DNA of 63,303 nucleotides, filler included, from Octopus bimaculoides (GCF_001194135.2; 7 parts of 7 records of this genome joined end to end with filler, not necessarily neighbours in it); one strand, 5' to 3'; shown: positions 35,980 to 50,080, counted from the whole stretch's first letter. Program-made: numbers and translations. The notes: generated by a model from the letters alone, not told the origin.

Positions 35980-37700
35980 TTGGGTATCACGATCGCTACT
36001 TGTGTTCATTGCTCGGTGTTTTAGGTACTGAGCAATCCCTCTCTTTACACTGTAAGGATGGTGGAGTTGAAGTTGAGGTATCATCCAGTGAATGTCGGCT
36101 TGCAGTTTCCAGATGTCTTGAATCCATACTTGGTGCGTGTTATTAATACATCCAGGAATGCTAGCTAATTGTCTTTTTCTTTTTCCATTGTGAACTGTAT
36201 GGATGGCTTTATTGAGTTCACATGATCTAACAGCACTTGGACATCTTCCTGGTGGAGCCATAGTATGAAGGTGTCATCAACATATCACAACCATAGGGTT
36301 GGTTTTAGTGGTGTTGATCCTAAAGCCAAATTCTCAATGTATTCCATGTATATATTGGCTATTATCGGTGATAATGGTGAACCCATCGTTAAACCCTCTT
36401 CTTGTTGATACATATCAATGTCCATACTGAAGTAGTTTCTGTACAGAAGGTCAACATTTCCATCAAGTTTCTTTTAGATGGGTGTCTGTCACTAGTTTTT
36501 CTTGAATTACCGATAGTGCTTCACCAGTTGGGACTTTGGTGAACAGACTTATCACATCTAGACTCACCATCTGGTTGGATCTAATGGGGTATCCTTTCTC
36601 AATACTGTGAAGTGGATGGAATTCTGCACATACGATGTTGACTTTCCTGCTAATGGACTGATTATATCCACAAGGAAGCAGCTCAGTGGATGACATGCTG
36701 AACCTCTACAACTCACTATAGGTCTTAATGGAATACCATCCTTGTGAATCTTAAGAAGACCGTACACGTGTGGTAGTTTACTGTAGTGTTGAGTCAGTTG
36801 TCTTTACTTCGTTGGTGTAAAGTGATCTTTGTTCTTGATCAAGATCTGTGACAACTTCTTCTCTGTTTTCAAAATAGGGTCTTTCTTTACTTTGCTGTAG
36901 CTACCATCACTTATAAGACTTGCCAGTTTTTCAGAGTAGTCAGACTTGTTCATCACCGCTGTAGCATTTCCCTTGTCTGCTGGAAGTATTATGATGGAAT
37001 TGTCACTATGTAGTCTTTTGATAGCGAACGTTTCTTCCTTAGTGATGTTTGGTTTGGGAAGTTTTGCTTTTTCTAGTACCTGTCTCACTTTCCACCTTAG
37101 TTCATCTCCCTGAGCTTTTGGTATCTTTATGGCTATCTCTTAAATAGGGGCTATTATGTCCAAGTATGAAATGCTCTTGATGGTTGTTGCAAAGTTGAGA
37201 CCTTTGTTTAGTACTGCTTTTTCAGAGCTTTCTAGATGTTGGCTACCGACATTAATTACTGCTTTCACAAGTGGGTGACAGACTTCAGTCTTCATTCTCT
37301 GACCTTTGAGTTTCATAAACTTCTTAATCTGGCGTGTCTTCACCATTTCAAATTCTTTCATGTATGACTTTTCTAGATCTTGTTGGATTCTCTTTCTATC
37401 ATCATCTCTGGTTATTTTCCTAAATAATGAAGATAACCTCTCTTTGATTTTGCTATTTAGTTGATGTTTTTTCCAATGGTTGTAATGGATCCTCTCATGG
37501 ACAAGTGCATGTCCAGCTCTTTCCACTACTCTTCTAGCTTTATATGAATCCACTGGTGTCATTATAGTCAAGCCAGGTGGTATTAGCTTTGAGTCTCTAC
37601 ATCTACAAAGGAAAGTTAGATGGTTTGAAAGACAATGGTTTGATGGAGTTTCTCTATATGTCTCCATTGAAGTCTAGTGTCAGCTCCGTACCGATTAGAT
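35980..37700 (-). mobile_element. Penelope/Poseidon-type PLE, N-terminus plus RT and thumb (frameshifted)
   Basis: VLNKGLNFA, IILPADKGNATAVM, YGLLKIHK.GIPLRPIVS, SLDVISLFTKVP, GSPLSP, YVDD, FLDVLI, HHP..VKRGI. Confidence 0.9.
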
Positions 37701-37789
37701 AATACAGTTCTATATTTAAGAGATGAAGAATTATGTACATTATTTACAATTGACAGATATGCGGCCCATATGACATCAGAACAGTATTC

Positions 37790-38400
37790 AAAAGTAATAC
37801 AACACTTTGCAAATATCTCCTTCGAGTAAAACCACTAATAGACGGGAATATGACTAAGAATTGTGTGTACTCCATCCTATGCAGCGGTGGTATGTTATAC
37901 AAAGGCGAAACATGCCATCCCCTCAAAATAAGGGTAGAGGAACATCGCAAAGTTGTGACATGGGGAGATGTTGATAAATCGGGTGTAGCTGATCATGTTT
38001 GGAAAATGGAGACTACCCCTCCNNNNNNNNNNNNNNNNNNNNNNNNNNNNNNNNNNNNNNNNNNNNNNNNNNNNNNNNNNNNNNNNNNNNNNNNNNNNNN
38101 NNNNNNNNNNNNNNNNNNNNNNNNNNNNNNNNNNNNNNNNNNNNNNNNNNNNNNNNNNNNNNNNNNNNNNNNNNNNNNNNNNNNNNNNNNNNNNNNNNNN
38201 NNNNNNNNNNNNNNNNNNNNNNNNNNNNNNNNNNGAGATGAAGTTAAAATAATAGACAGAGAACACCACTGGAAAATACAAAAACTAAAAGCAGCAGCAC
38301 ATATGCTAGGACACAACTTCCTAAGCAGATCAAGTACAGACTGAACAGCATATGGGAACCGGTATTAAGGAAAGATAGGAGAATATTGGATTTATAAGCC
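37790..38400 (+). mobile_element. PLE GIY-YIG endonuclease 3' fragment, opposite in orientation to the RT
   Basis: KNCVYSILCSGGMLYKGETCHPLKIRVEEHRK...SGVADHVW...VKIIDREHHWK. Confidence 0.85.
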
Positions 38401-38427
38401 CTAAAATTCACTCCATAATTGCCCACG

Positions 38428-38575
38428 GGCATATGGCATAGTGGTTAAGAGCGCGGGCTACTAACTCCTAAGATTCCGAGTTCGATTCCAGGCAGAGACC
38501 TGAATAATAATAACAATAACAACATCAAAAAATACCTTAGGAATTAGACCCCAGGTTCGAAATTTCCCCAAGACA
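38428..38575 (+). mobile_element. tRNA-derived SINE head
   Basis: A box TGGCATAGTGG and B box GAGTTCGATTCC, then an (AAT)n-linked tail; no acceptor stem closure. Confidence 0.65.
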
Positions 38576-38814
38576 CCGGTATATCAACTGAAATGTTGCG
38601 TTTACATACATCTATATTCATTTACATATACAGTTACATACACCTATATTCATTTACATACATACATAATGGGACAAGAAAGAAAAACATCCAGATAGAC
38701 GATACAAGGAAAGGTCATTCGGAGTTTTCTTTCCTCAGTCGAGATCCAGATTATCCTTGCAATTTCGGCTGGATATTATATATATATATATGCATGCTAC
38801 TTTTACTAAACTGC

Positions 38815-41110
38815 CTCTCTGAAGTGTGTAATATGCTGAATGAGGGAGTGCGATGTTGCTGCCCTCATCATTGTTTCTTACCATGAGGTCGGTTCATACA
38901 AAACTCTTGATAGGAAATCCAGTTGTGTTTTGAAGATCTCTACATCCATCCCATGTAGGTCTCTCAGCCTTTGTGGGAGGATATTGAAGAGCTGTGGGCC
39001 CTTCAAGCACAAGCTGGTGCAGTATCTGGTGCTGTATGCTGATGACAATGTTGGGATTTTTTGGTACTATGCAATGGCACCCCTTTCTGCTGTTTGTGTA
39101 ATGTACAATGCCAAAGTTTGGTACAAGTTCTAGGATTTTCTAGATGTGTGTCACTGCATATTTTTCCCACCTTCGTTCTACAGAGTGGAGTCTTAACTTT
39201 TTCAATCTCTTCCAGTAGCTCACATGTCACATTGAGACAATCTTCTATGTATAGCTTCAATGGATTGCATTGTGTTCTATTGTTAATTTTACACTGTGTG
39301 GTGACCATAGTTGGAAGCAGTAATCTAAATGGCTGAGTGCAAATGTCCTCCAGAGGACCATCATGGTTTCCTGTTCTCTTGTTTCGAAAGCTCTAAGGAT
39401 CCATCCATCCATCCAACTGTTTGCCTTTTATTGCCAACTTAGTAATATGCACCAGGAAATATGCATCATTACTCATGTTGGTGCCCAGGTAGCACAGATT
39501 TTGATTCTGGGATTGCTATCCCTCCTGGGCCAGCGTATCCCGTCTGCTTTTCATTTAGCAGCACAGGATTTGGAATGTTCCAGTATTAAGCTGCATATTA
39601 TTCTCATCCGCCCACTTGTATGTTGCATCCAACTCTTGTTGCAGATGCGCAACATCTCCAAGGTTCTGTATTCTCTGACAGACTCTTGTATCATCTGCAT
39701 AGCTAGCAATGGTGGCTACCTGAGCAGCATGTCTGAGAGGGCCAGTATGAATAGCAGTGCCCTGTAGAACATCACTCATTATTTATGTTTCCTTGGAGGT
39801 GACCCCATTGGCTACCACTACCTGACTTCTATCTTTTAGAAAGTCATGTTGCCATTCTCAAAGTTTTCTGACTGTGCTGAGATTATGCAGCTTGTGACAC
39901 ATCATACTATGGTTGACTTCATGAAAGGCCTTTGCAAAAGTCGAGATATCACAACATTTGAGTTGTTGAGCAGCTGCTTTAACACCCAGTTGTAGTGTTA
40001 TAAAAGCTGCATCAGGCAGCTTCTACCTGGTTGAAAATTGTGCTGGTTGTCAGTGCTGTTTCCAAGCAGGAGTTGTCACTGCCATTGAGTTCTCTGTTGA
40101 GGTGGTTTGTAATCCTTGTACATCAACTCATAAGAACTTTTCTCTCCCTGGGAATCTTATGTGCAATGGCTTTTCTCTTTGGGATAATTATGTAGCATAT
40201 GTCTTGCATTACAGACATGAATTCTTTGAATTTCATGTCTATGTCAGGTGTAGAGAGACATTGGGGTCAAACCTGTTTGATAATCTTGTTCTGAACTGAT
40301 TTCTAGTCTGCTTTACGGTAGTTCAGATTGGATAGATTTGGGGTGCTTCTCATAGGATGCATATCTGTGGGTTCCTTTGGTCCATACATGGTCAGCTCTA
40401 TTACATTGTGATCCGAGATTAGCGTTGGTGTCACTTTCACATTATGGATGAGATCAAGATTATTTGTGAAAGAGAGATCAAATATTTTGTTTGTTATGAT
40501 TGGTTGGAGTGTTATTTGCTCCATGTATAAGTTGTTGGTGAGGTCATGCAGGGATTCCACTTGATTGTGTTTACATTGCATCATCCCAGAGAGAAAAAGG
40601 CTCTCAGGCCATCCTATATTGGGCAGCTTGATGTCTCCCATGAGAAGTACACTAGTGTGTTGTTCTACTTTGGTTAAGACTTCTATTCTTGCAAGGCAGC
40701 CTTTGAATAGGCTTGTATGATTTGGAGTATCTGATGGGCAATAAGTAGTACATATAACTAGATATGGTTTTGTCTTATATGTACAATTAGTGTGTCACAC
40801 ACTGAATTTGAGTGTGACAAAAGGATTTGGAGCATGAGATCTTCACAGATGTACATTGCAACTCCACCATGACTTCTCTCTTTTCTGTTGATTCGCAATA
40901 CAACATACTTTGGTACATATATTTCTGCATATACAATGTCAGGTTTTAGGTGTGTTTCAGTGAGTGCTATGCACAAGGCTTGATTGCATGCCACAAGATC
41001 TCTCAGAAAATGGAATTTTAGTTCTGTTACTGAGTTGTGACAGACCTCTGATGTTCATAAAGAATATTAATGTGACATCTGTAGTTAACATTTTCTGGCA
41101 GCCATCTTCA
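38815..41110 (-). mobile_element. CR1/L2-group LINE ORF2 relic (APE plus RT), internally deleted
   Basis: LTETHL, RSHGGVAMY, MGDIKLPNI.W, FDLSFTN, SDHNVI, QHNFQPGRSCL, SYADDT, PQLFNILP; only ~250 nt lie between APE and RT. Confidence 0.85.
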
Positions 41111-41229
41111 GCTTTGTTCCTATTATATAGTGACCTGTCCAGCATGTAGTAGTCCCATGCTACAGAGATTGCTAGTGTCATGTTTACATTTTATGACTAG
41201 GTGGCTACTATTCCTTTTACCTAAGCTAA

Positions 41230-41760
41230 AGTATCCCAAACTACATCACAAAATGCAGTTACAACCCACCCTAGCATTAAAGTCAACATACAGGTAGATT
41301 TTGTCACCAGTCAGTACAGAAGTCATTTCTAAAATTCTCATAGAAAAGAGATACAAGTTTCTTCTACTGAAGGAAAAGTTGGTACATATACAGAGAAGAA
41401 AGTCACATGACACCACCAGACAGTGGTAGGTGGAATTTAACAATGCTGTCAGTGACATTGGATGGCAGCCCGTCTAGTCTGATAGTGAGGATATTCCTGA
41501 TCACAAAATCAATGTTCCCCTTTTGCTTCTTATCTCTTGGTTTGCCAACCTAAAACTAACAGTAGCTACAACCTAATTCAATTAGTTGATCTTCCTCCAA
41601 CCAATCACATCTCAGAAAGGGCAGCAATATCTATCTTGTATCAGTAAAGCTTTACCACAACAAAAGCAGCACAATGCTCAGGTCTGCTGAATTTTTCATC
41701 ATCCAACAAGGTTGACTCATTTCAATAGTACATCTCTTGATGTAACTTAACGTCTCTTGA
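41230..41760 (-). mobile_element. RTE-clade LINE endonuclease fragment
   Basis: TLLDDEKFSRPEH...YKIDIAALSE and DKIYLYVDFNARVG match the RTE APE N-terminus. Confidence 0.75.
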
Positions 41761-44700
41761 TATATCTTACACTGGTTTGCTTTTACATTTACTTTTTTGT
41801 AACTGTTACTTCCACTGAATTGAAAGTCATCAGATGCAGTAAACTGATCAGCATGTTGGGTAGGTAATGCTTGGAACACCTTTTTCAACCCCTAACCAGT
41901 AACTAGCTTGCAGTGCCCTTCTTAAATAAGGTTGCTCAGTCACAAAGAATTCCACCCAAAATATAGGGTCCACATAAGATTTTGTTAAAATTTATGTACA
42001 ATAAATTGGTTAAACTTCTACAGTATACAAAATAGTTTAATTTTTTATACAAATCCTAATAATATTTAACTAGAAAAATACTGCAAAATTTTTTTATATA
42101 CAGCAAATGGCTATGGAAGTCCAGTAGAGTAAAATAGGAATCAAAGGGGTCCATAGGTAGAAAATGGTAAAGAACCACTGGTTTGGAATAACACTATTGA
42201 AAAAAGATGGGATAATCATGACAGAGACGTCTGTCATAACAGATCTGCTCAACCAGTACCAACTTCAGATTAAATAACAACCCAAACTCCATCTTATCCA
42301 AACTAATCCTATCTTCTAACTTTACTAATCAATTTCTCACATGACTTGTTCCATCAAGCCAAGGCCTCTATTATTGGAATTACTCATCTGCAGTGCATTA
42401 CTTTTACCCTCATAGCAGTTTACACAGCTAGTCGCTGAGCTAATATTTTCCCCCACCACCTCCTTATTAAATAATTATTAATATATCTGTTTAGCTCCTG
42501 TTATCTACGATGGACCTGTAACTTTCCTCATTGCTTCTGAGAGAATTATTGTAAACATAGGAAAACCTTAACCATAGTTAAATTTAGCTACACATAATGG
42601 TTTCCAGTTATTGCTGTCAGATCTTACAAGTATGATTATAGTTATATTCAGCAGTATCATCACACAATCATTACTATCATTTAATGTCTATGTTCCATGG
42701 TGGCATAAGTTGGATGATTTGACAGGATCTGATGGGTCCATGGGCTGCATCATGATGCTGCACTTGTTTTGGCATAGCTTCTATAGCTGGATGCTCTCCC
42801 TTATGCCAACCACTTTACAGCATATACTGAGTGTTTTTTTTTTTGTACCACCAGCAGTTCTCAAGTAACATAAAGGTTACGTGCATAACATGTACATATT
42901 CACTTAACCTATAATAAAGACCAGTCAAATATTATCATCTTAAATGAGGAAGGACACTTTGGATAGTGTAGTTATAGTTATACTAGGTCTAAAAATAGAT
43001 GAGATGATTATAGGTCAAATCAGAGTAGATCTAAGGCTAAACAAAACATGCAATCCCATTATGTTACTTCATCACTACAGAATTAATATTATTTTAAGGA
43101 AAGTGGGGGAACTTTATGATTCATGAATCAATGTTAATTCAAGAAATCATCATCACTGTGCATGTGAATGATATCCAGTAAGAAATTAAAGTCAAAACTT
43201 TTTGCATGAATATAATAGATCAAAACGTGTGAAGGGAATATATGTTGCAAACCTAACCAACATTTTATCAATATGGAGACTGGATACTAAGATTATATTA
43301 TAGTTTTAGATTCATTTTTTCATGTTTGCATGGGTTGGATAAACCTGCCAATTGGTACATTTTCAAGAATCGCTGATGTCATGTTTCAACTGCTTCTACC
43401 GTCATTTATTCTATATAAAATTAATACAAGTAATATATATATGTTTAACTGGAGTTACTGAGACAAGCAATGTGATTTGGTTGTGAGATTATGTGACTTG
43501 TACTTTGATCACTCAGCCATTACATCTGCAACTTCTCATTTATCGATCTATTGAACGTACAATAGTAATAAAGGTAGATATGGCTGGGGTACTATCATTA
43601 CGATAAACTAAACAAAACATTGTATATAGTAGAAGCTTATACAAGTCATCAATGGTTTGACGGAATCACTAAGTTAAAATGATTGGCTTTTGGAGTTGCA
43701 AAGGATAAAAATTAGAACATTTTTTCTAGTTTTCCTCGTATTTATGTTTATGCATCTCCCGCACTCACAAATATCCCTAACTACTTACTACGAACAAAAT
43801 TCGCGTCTGAAACGATAAGGGAAAAGAAAATCTGTTGAGAGGAAAGACAATTTCATCAATTTGAAAGCCAAATAAATGATGACAATCAAGAATTTCAACT
43901 ACATAACACTTTCACGTGGTTACAAAGTGACCAGACAATCTGTAACACCTTGTGTGGCTAATAATAGAGTGAGCTTCTTTTGTCTCTTACTCTACTACAC
44001 TGCAAACAAAAGATTTATTAGACACCTCAACATATATCACAGATTGTTTGTATCACTCCCCAACCTCACTCGCTTTCACGTTAACATTAGACAATAATCA
44101 CACGCAACTGGTGACATACGTGGGTGGATGAACAACTTACAGGACAATTATAATTACAATATCTCAAATTAACATGACTTGTTGCAGTAATCTAATTTTC
44201 AGATTTTGAGGAATAACAAGCTGACACCATATTCGTTAATTCTTGGAAGTTTCGAAAATCTAGCATCGAGCTTGGTCAGTAAAAAAGAAATATGTAAAAT
44301 AAATATTTGGTATTTTCACACAGGATATGCAAACTCTCATTGAAGAATTAAAGCACAATATTCGAACGGAAAATGTTTTGCTCTGATAGATATAGTAAAT
44401 CCTAATTTGAATATGCTAAAATTATCAGCTTACAATTCTGGATAGGGTACAAATAAGAAACTGTGAATGGTAATTAATAAATTCAAACAAATTGCTTTTA
44501 CCAATAAAATTTTGGGAAAACAAACCATTAAAGCGATTTTACCGTTAGTTCTAGGCATGGGTTGTTTGCAGGCAAATAGGAAAACATAAAAGAAAATAGT
44601 TCTATTAAAATCAAAAAATATATATCTAAATTTAAAACAAATTCAGTGATATCAGGATGGAAGCGGATAAAATATTAACATTAAAAAAGAGCAAAGAATT

Positions 44701-45255
44701 ATATGAAGAGACAATGACAAATGTGGGTATATTGTTAACTGGGAAATTGGGAAACTTAATATGAAGATTAAAGCTAAAGTTATGAACACAAGAATGATGA
44801 ATAATGTCAAACACTTAACTAGCATCCGTCCCATTTTGATTGTTTACGCCTAAATTGAAGATACTGAACAACTGAGGAGACAGAGCAAACTCCTCACACA
44901 TAAAAATCTCAAGCTAAGAAATAAATTTTCTAAAACAAGGAACTCACATATGTAATACTGTAAATTATACATAAGTGAATTTGTTTCTGTATTGTTAACA
45001 GTAATATTAAAAATAAAGAAATAACCAGTGTAGGCTATGTAAAGAACTCACGATTGGTAACTAGAATGGCAGAATTGGGTCATACACTAGTAATAAAAAT
45101 AGTAATTTATTATCATTTGGAATCATTTTAATAAAGTTTTCAATTATTAGAACAATAATTACAAGTTAAGAAACACTATTCTGTAAACTAAATGTGTAAA
45201 TAAATAGAATCATTTCAGAAACGAAAGAAACAAATTATGCATGTTGGGCTCTTCA

Positions 45256-45486
<231 letters not shown>

Positions 45487-46014
45487 TCAGCTTGCATTAC
45501 CCCCCCTTGTCACTGCAATCACCAACTCTTCAACTCTCGTCGCCAATTACTTTCTCTTTTATAAAAGGATAACAACAATAGAAAAATATATTTACGTTAT
45601 GTCTGTATGTATTTTTAACTTTCGTGATGAAGGAAATATTTTAATACAGCAAATCAGAGCTGTCGAGGTAGGCGTGATTGCATTACCGTAGGTGCCATCG
45701 TCGTCATCACTGGCAGTAGTAGTTGTTAGCGTCGTTATCGTCATCGTTAGCCTCATCATCTTCATCATTATCATCATCATCAGCAGCATAATTGTTATTA
45801 TCATCATTACTATCATCGTAGTTATCGTCGGCGAAAGTAAAGAACATGTGCACCACCTATTTCCAGTTTCTTTTTTTCCAAAAATTTTTGGGGATGTCTG
45901 TTTTCGATATAGGAGAATACGATTTTGACCAAAATTCACGTTTTCAAAATTTTTATTTCCCCCACCCCAATTGATTTTTTTAACTTTTTCGAATGTTTTT
46001 TTTTTTAATCCATG

Positions 46015-46114
46015 NNNNNNNNNNNNNNNNNNNNNNNNNNNNNNNNNNNNNNNNNNNNTTAATTAATTAANNNNNNNNNNNNNNNNNNNNNNNNNNNNNN
46101 NNNNNNNNNNNNNN
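46015..46114. other. Artificial assembly spacer
   Basis: N44-TTAATTAATTAA-N44. Confidence 0.95.
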
Positions 46115-46429
46115 AACACCCATGTTTCCAAAGGTGAATTATCCAAACCCCAAAGAATTCCTCTCAACACATGGCTATGATGCTCCTCCACTACTTCTGC
46201 TTGTGATCAGAGATGCACATATCGTCAGCCGCCAAGGGACATGCTCAACTGGTTAAGGTCAAGCAACTGACAAGCAAATCTGTGGTATTAAGCAAAATAT
46301 TTGTTGTAGCCCATCTTTTATACCAAGACAAAACAATGTACAGGATAACACTTCCAATCAATTAAGATGAGAAGCCATGAGAGCCACTGCCTGGTACTGC
46401 ATCTGGGCAATTTATTATCTTCATCATCA

Positions 46430-46461
<32 letters not shown>

Positions 46462-46669
46462 GTTATTATTATTATTAAATTTTGCCTTTGTTTTAATTGA
46501 TCCAGAAAATCCCATAATTCTTCTCCTCTATCACAGCCTCTAGTCTGTGTTTGTACCACATTTCTATAATTTTGAATCCATGCACTCGGTTAACATCCGA
46601 ATCCATTCTTTTGCCAAGACACTCTAGCTAGCTTACTCTATTCACTTAGGAGATCATTAATGCTTTGGG

Positions 46670-46728
<59 letters not shown>

Positions 46729-46769
46729 TATTATTATTATGATTATTATTGTTATTATTATTATGCTAG

Positions 46770-47165
46770 TGCATGCTAATTTAATTAGCAGGGATTTTAT
46801 TTCAAGGTTTGTCGTCAATAAGTCACCTGAAGTCTCAAGAACCTTCATTAGGATTCTTGCAGAACGTGGGTACTTTTCTGCAGATCGACAAATTGAGTTT
46901 CCATAACAATCTCTTTCAGTCTTTCAAAGTAACATTCTGGGTGTTGTGCCAAGTGTACTAATTACCACAGAAATAATTGGTGTCTTAATCTTCCATAATC
47001 TCCTCAGCTCTCCTGATATTTCCTAATTTCTTTAGTATAAACTCTTCTCTCATAGAGAATTACAAAATCTAGGATCTTACTCTGATTGTTCTATTTCGTC
47101 CCCTATGATCATACCTAATCTTTTTGCTTCAATATTATGATCAATCTTCATGGAGAAATCCCACA
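46770..47165 (-). mobile_element. R4/Dong-like LINE 3' end (restriction-like endonuclease region)
   Basis: Across frameshifts WDFSMKIDHNIEAKR, KYQE..RRLWKIKTPIISVVISTLGTTP, SARILMKVLETSGDLL; abuts (TAA)n at 46669-46762. Confidence 0.65.
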
Positions 47166-47630
47166 ATCATCATCATCATCGTCGTTTAACCCCTGCTTTC
47201 CCTGCTGGCATGGGTTGGATGGTTTGACTGAGGGCTGGCAAGCCAGGAAGCTGCACCAGTCTCCAATCTGATCTGACAAAGTTTCTACAGCTGGATGCCC
47301 TTCCTAACGCCAACCACTCCAAGAGTGTAATGGGTGCTTTCTATGTGCCACCGGCATGAGGGCCAGTCAGGCAGTACTGACATCAGTCACGCTCAGATGG
47401 TGCTTTTTACATGTCACCTGCACAGGAGCCAGTCCGGCGCCTCTGGCAACAATTATGCTTGAATAGTTCCTTTTTACATGCCACTGGCATAGGAGCCAGT
47501 CAGCAGCCCTGGCAATGATCACGCTCGAATGATAAAAACAATATTTTATATCTGTTGTGTTACAAATAAGAAATAATGGTAGTGGGTGCTTTTTACGTCC
47601 CACCAGCATGGTGGGGGGGCATTCAGGCGG
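47165..47630 (-). mobile_element. SINE family D with about 4 internal 66-bp units
   Basis: (CAT)n tail complement at 47165; GGTGCTTTT units at 47333, 47399, ~47465, ~47584. Confidence 0.75.
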
Positions 47631-47913
47631 CACCAACAAGATCTTGTAATTCTCATTTTCTATCACAGCCTTTGATTCGTGTTCATACCACTTGTCTGTT
47701 GTTTTGTTTTGAAGCCATACACTTGGCTAACATTTCAATGCACTCTTTTGCCTATGCAGTCATGTTTACATTTATACTCCTTTCATGATAGTACACTGCA
47801 CTCACTCAAAATGTGATTGTGATTGATTCTTAGAAAATTACTATTTTTAAATCTCACAACGAGAGATACTCAGCAACAGTACTTTGGAGTAAAGATTGTT
47901 TGCCAACATAACA

Positions 47914-48135
47914 TGGCAGTCCTTGTTTAGAACGAATGCTGTTGTTATTTAGCTCCAGGAGCCCAGGAGACATCGTCTCCAGCTGACATTATGACATGAT
48001 CTGTGTCCTTATATTTTCGAACACGGGAATCTAGCACCCACACGCAGCTCAAAACAATAGCTCTGTATCACCAGCTGGGGACGATGTCTCCTGGGACTAA
48101 ATTATAGCAACATTCGTCCTAAACCAGGTCTGCCA
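47914..48135. mobile_element. MITE with ~70-bp TIRs
   Basis: TGGCAGTCCTTGTTTAGAACGAATG...CAGGAGACATCGTCTCCAGCTG versus CAGCTGGGGACGATGTCTCCTGG...CATTCGTCCTAAACCAGGTCTGCCA. Confidence 0.75.
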
Positions 48136-48789
48136 GCTTTCCAATTGGTAATATCTTTACCTGTGGCAGGACATTCTCTCAACTTGTAGAAATAAGTTTT
48201 TTATTTTTTTATTATTTCCTTTTCTATGTTGCCTGCTTCTGTCTTAACTATTTTGATCAATTCTTCATTTTCATCTCGTGCAATCATCCATCCTCACATT
48301 GTTGTCCAAAATTCTCCTGCTTCCTCTTTATCTTCACAAATATTAAGTAAAACTGTCTAATTAGACCCCTAAACTCCCTACTGTTGATTTTTCACATAGT
48401 CTCTCTTTGATATGGTCTATCCTCACATAGTCTCTCTTTGATATGGTCTATCCTTAAGGTAAAGCTTTTTCTCATATCTATTATACTTCTATTCTATTCA
48501 AGTTAAGCCTTGCAGTGTTGTTTTCTTAAGTTATCTTTCATCTAGTTTTCAATCTCAATGAAATCTCTTTCATCTTTATGTCACCTTCAGTCTGTCTTTT
48601 CCATCAAAGATCCTGTTTCTCTCTTTTTCTCTGCATCTTTTGCCTTCACCACTTTACTAACAACAAACTTTTTCGGCAAAAGATTAAACTACAAGTGTTA
48701 ATGATGGATGCAGTTGTAACATGCACAAACACAACATACACCATTTCGCTTCAGCTGCAATTTTTCTGCTGTTAATACATTTAAAATTT

Positions 48790-49230
48790 AAGACAGTGAG
48801 CTGGCAGGAACGTTAGCATGCTGGGCAAAATGCTTTGCAGTATTTCATCTGTCTTTACATTCTGAGTTCAAATTCCGCCGAGGTCGATTTTGCCTTTCAT
48901 CCTTTGGGGTCGATAAATTAAATACCAGTTGCGTACTGGGGTTGATCTAATCGACTGGCCCCCTCCCCCCAAATTTCAGGCTTTGTGCCTAGTGTAGAAA
49001 ATGATATATGTAAGATATAAGGCAGTGAGCTGGCAGAATCTTAATCACACAGGACAAAATGCTTAACACAGTTTGTCTTTATGTTCTGAATTCAAATTCA
49101 AACAAGATGAACTTTACCTTTCATCCTTTTGTGGAGTCAATAAATTAAGTACCAGTTGATTACTGGGGTCCATGCAATCGACTTACCCTAAAATTGCTGG
49201 CCTTGTGCCAAAATTTGAAACCAATATATC
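48790..49230 (+). mobile_element. Two tandem SINE family B copies
   Basis: GTGAGCTGGCAG...TCAAATTC...TTTCATCCTTT...AAATTAA.TACCAGTTG occurs twice (~48795 and ~49022). Confidence 0.8.
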
Positions 49231-49715
49231 TAAAGTTTAATGGTTTTTATACTTTCTGAATTATTTAGAATTTCTGTTAATCTCGTGCATTCAACATCTT
49301 TATACCTCCCTGTGCCTGTGAAACCTTGTATCTCGGCTGTAAGGCCTTATTTCCATATACGCCAGGTTAATTTTATTCGTCTTTAGTCGAAAGACATCTG
49401 TTGTTATGTCCTGTTATTTTTTATTGTATTTGTGTAACATTGTTCGTTTTTTTTCCGTCCTTGTTTTTGTATACATTCGTTGCTTTCTTCCAAGGAATCT
49501 AATGCTCTTAGCTTAGTTTTTCCTTGGGGCTGGCCAGATTGGAGCAATATCGAGAATAACCAGCCGAAATTGCAAAGATAATTTGGATCTCGACTGAAGA
49601 GAGAAAACTCCGAATGACCTGTCCGTGTTTTCTTTGTATCGTCTATCTGCATGTTTTGTCCCTTTCTTGTATCACCTAACTGTCTGGAAGTTTTGCGTTC
49701 TTGTCCCATTCTGTC

Positions 49716-49749
<34 letters not shown>

Positions 49750-49869
49750 NNNNNNNNNNNNNNNNNNNNNNNNNNNNNNNNNNNNNNNNNNNNNNNNNNN
49801 NNNNNNNNNNNNNNNNNNNNNNNNNNNNNNNNNNNNNNATGTATATGTGGCTGTATTGGTGTGATTCCA

Positions 49870-50080
49870 CCATAACAATGAGATTCTGTGGACACTGCTT
49901 TCTTAGCAAAAATGAAGTGGTGAATCAAAGACTGGTATGGGAACCGACACATGGAAAACAATCCCAGAGATCATTCTGCCAGGATGTTTATTGACCTTTT
50001 GGCTGAAAATTCTGGTCAACTGAGGAGTGACCTACCAAGAGTTAATACAAGAGAAGTGATTCTGAACAAAATTGGTGGAT
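49870..50080 (+). mobile_element. RTE-type LINE ORF2 C-terminal fragment
   Basis: MRFCGHCFLSKNEVVNQRLVWEPTHGKQS...FIDLL resembles the RTE RLRFAGHC...WEP.HG.R..GRP..TY.D.L motif. Confidence 0.6.

Noticed and set aside
38428-38500. tRNA gene
   Set aside because: Has A and B boxes but no closing acceptor stem and continues into a repeat tail; it is a SINE head
41652-41888. ORF resembling a hAT/BED zinc finger start
   Set aside because: Another frame gives a clear RTE endonuclease match (YKIDIAALSE)
49598-49630. Hammerhead-like CTGAAGA-GAG-AAAA-CTC-CGAATGAC (second copy at ~38715-38745, minus)
   Set aside because: GAAA is replaced by GAAT, an extra C disrupts helix II register and no helix I pairing was found; kept only as a dispersed repeat
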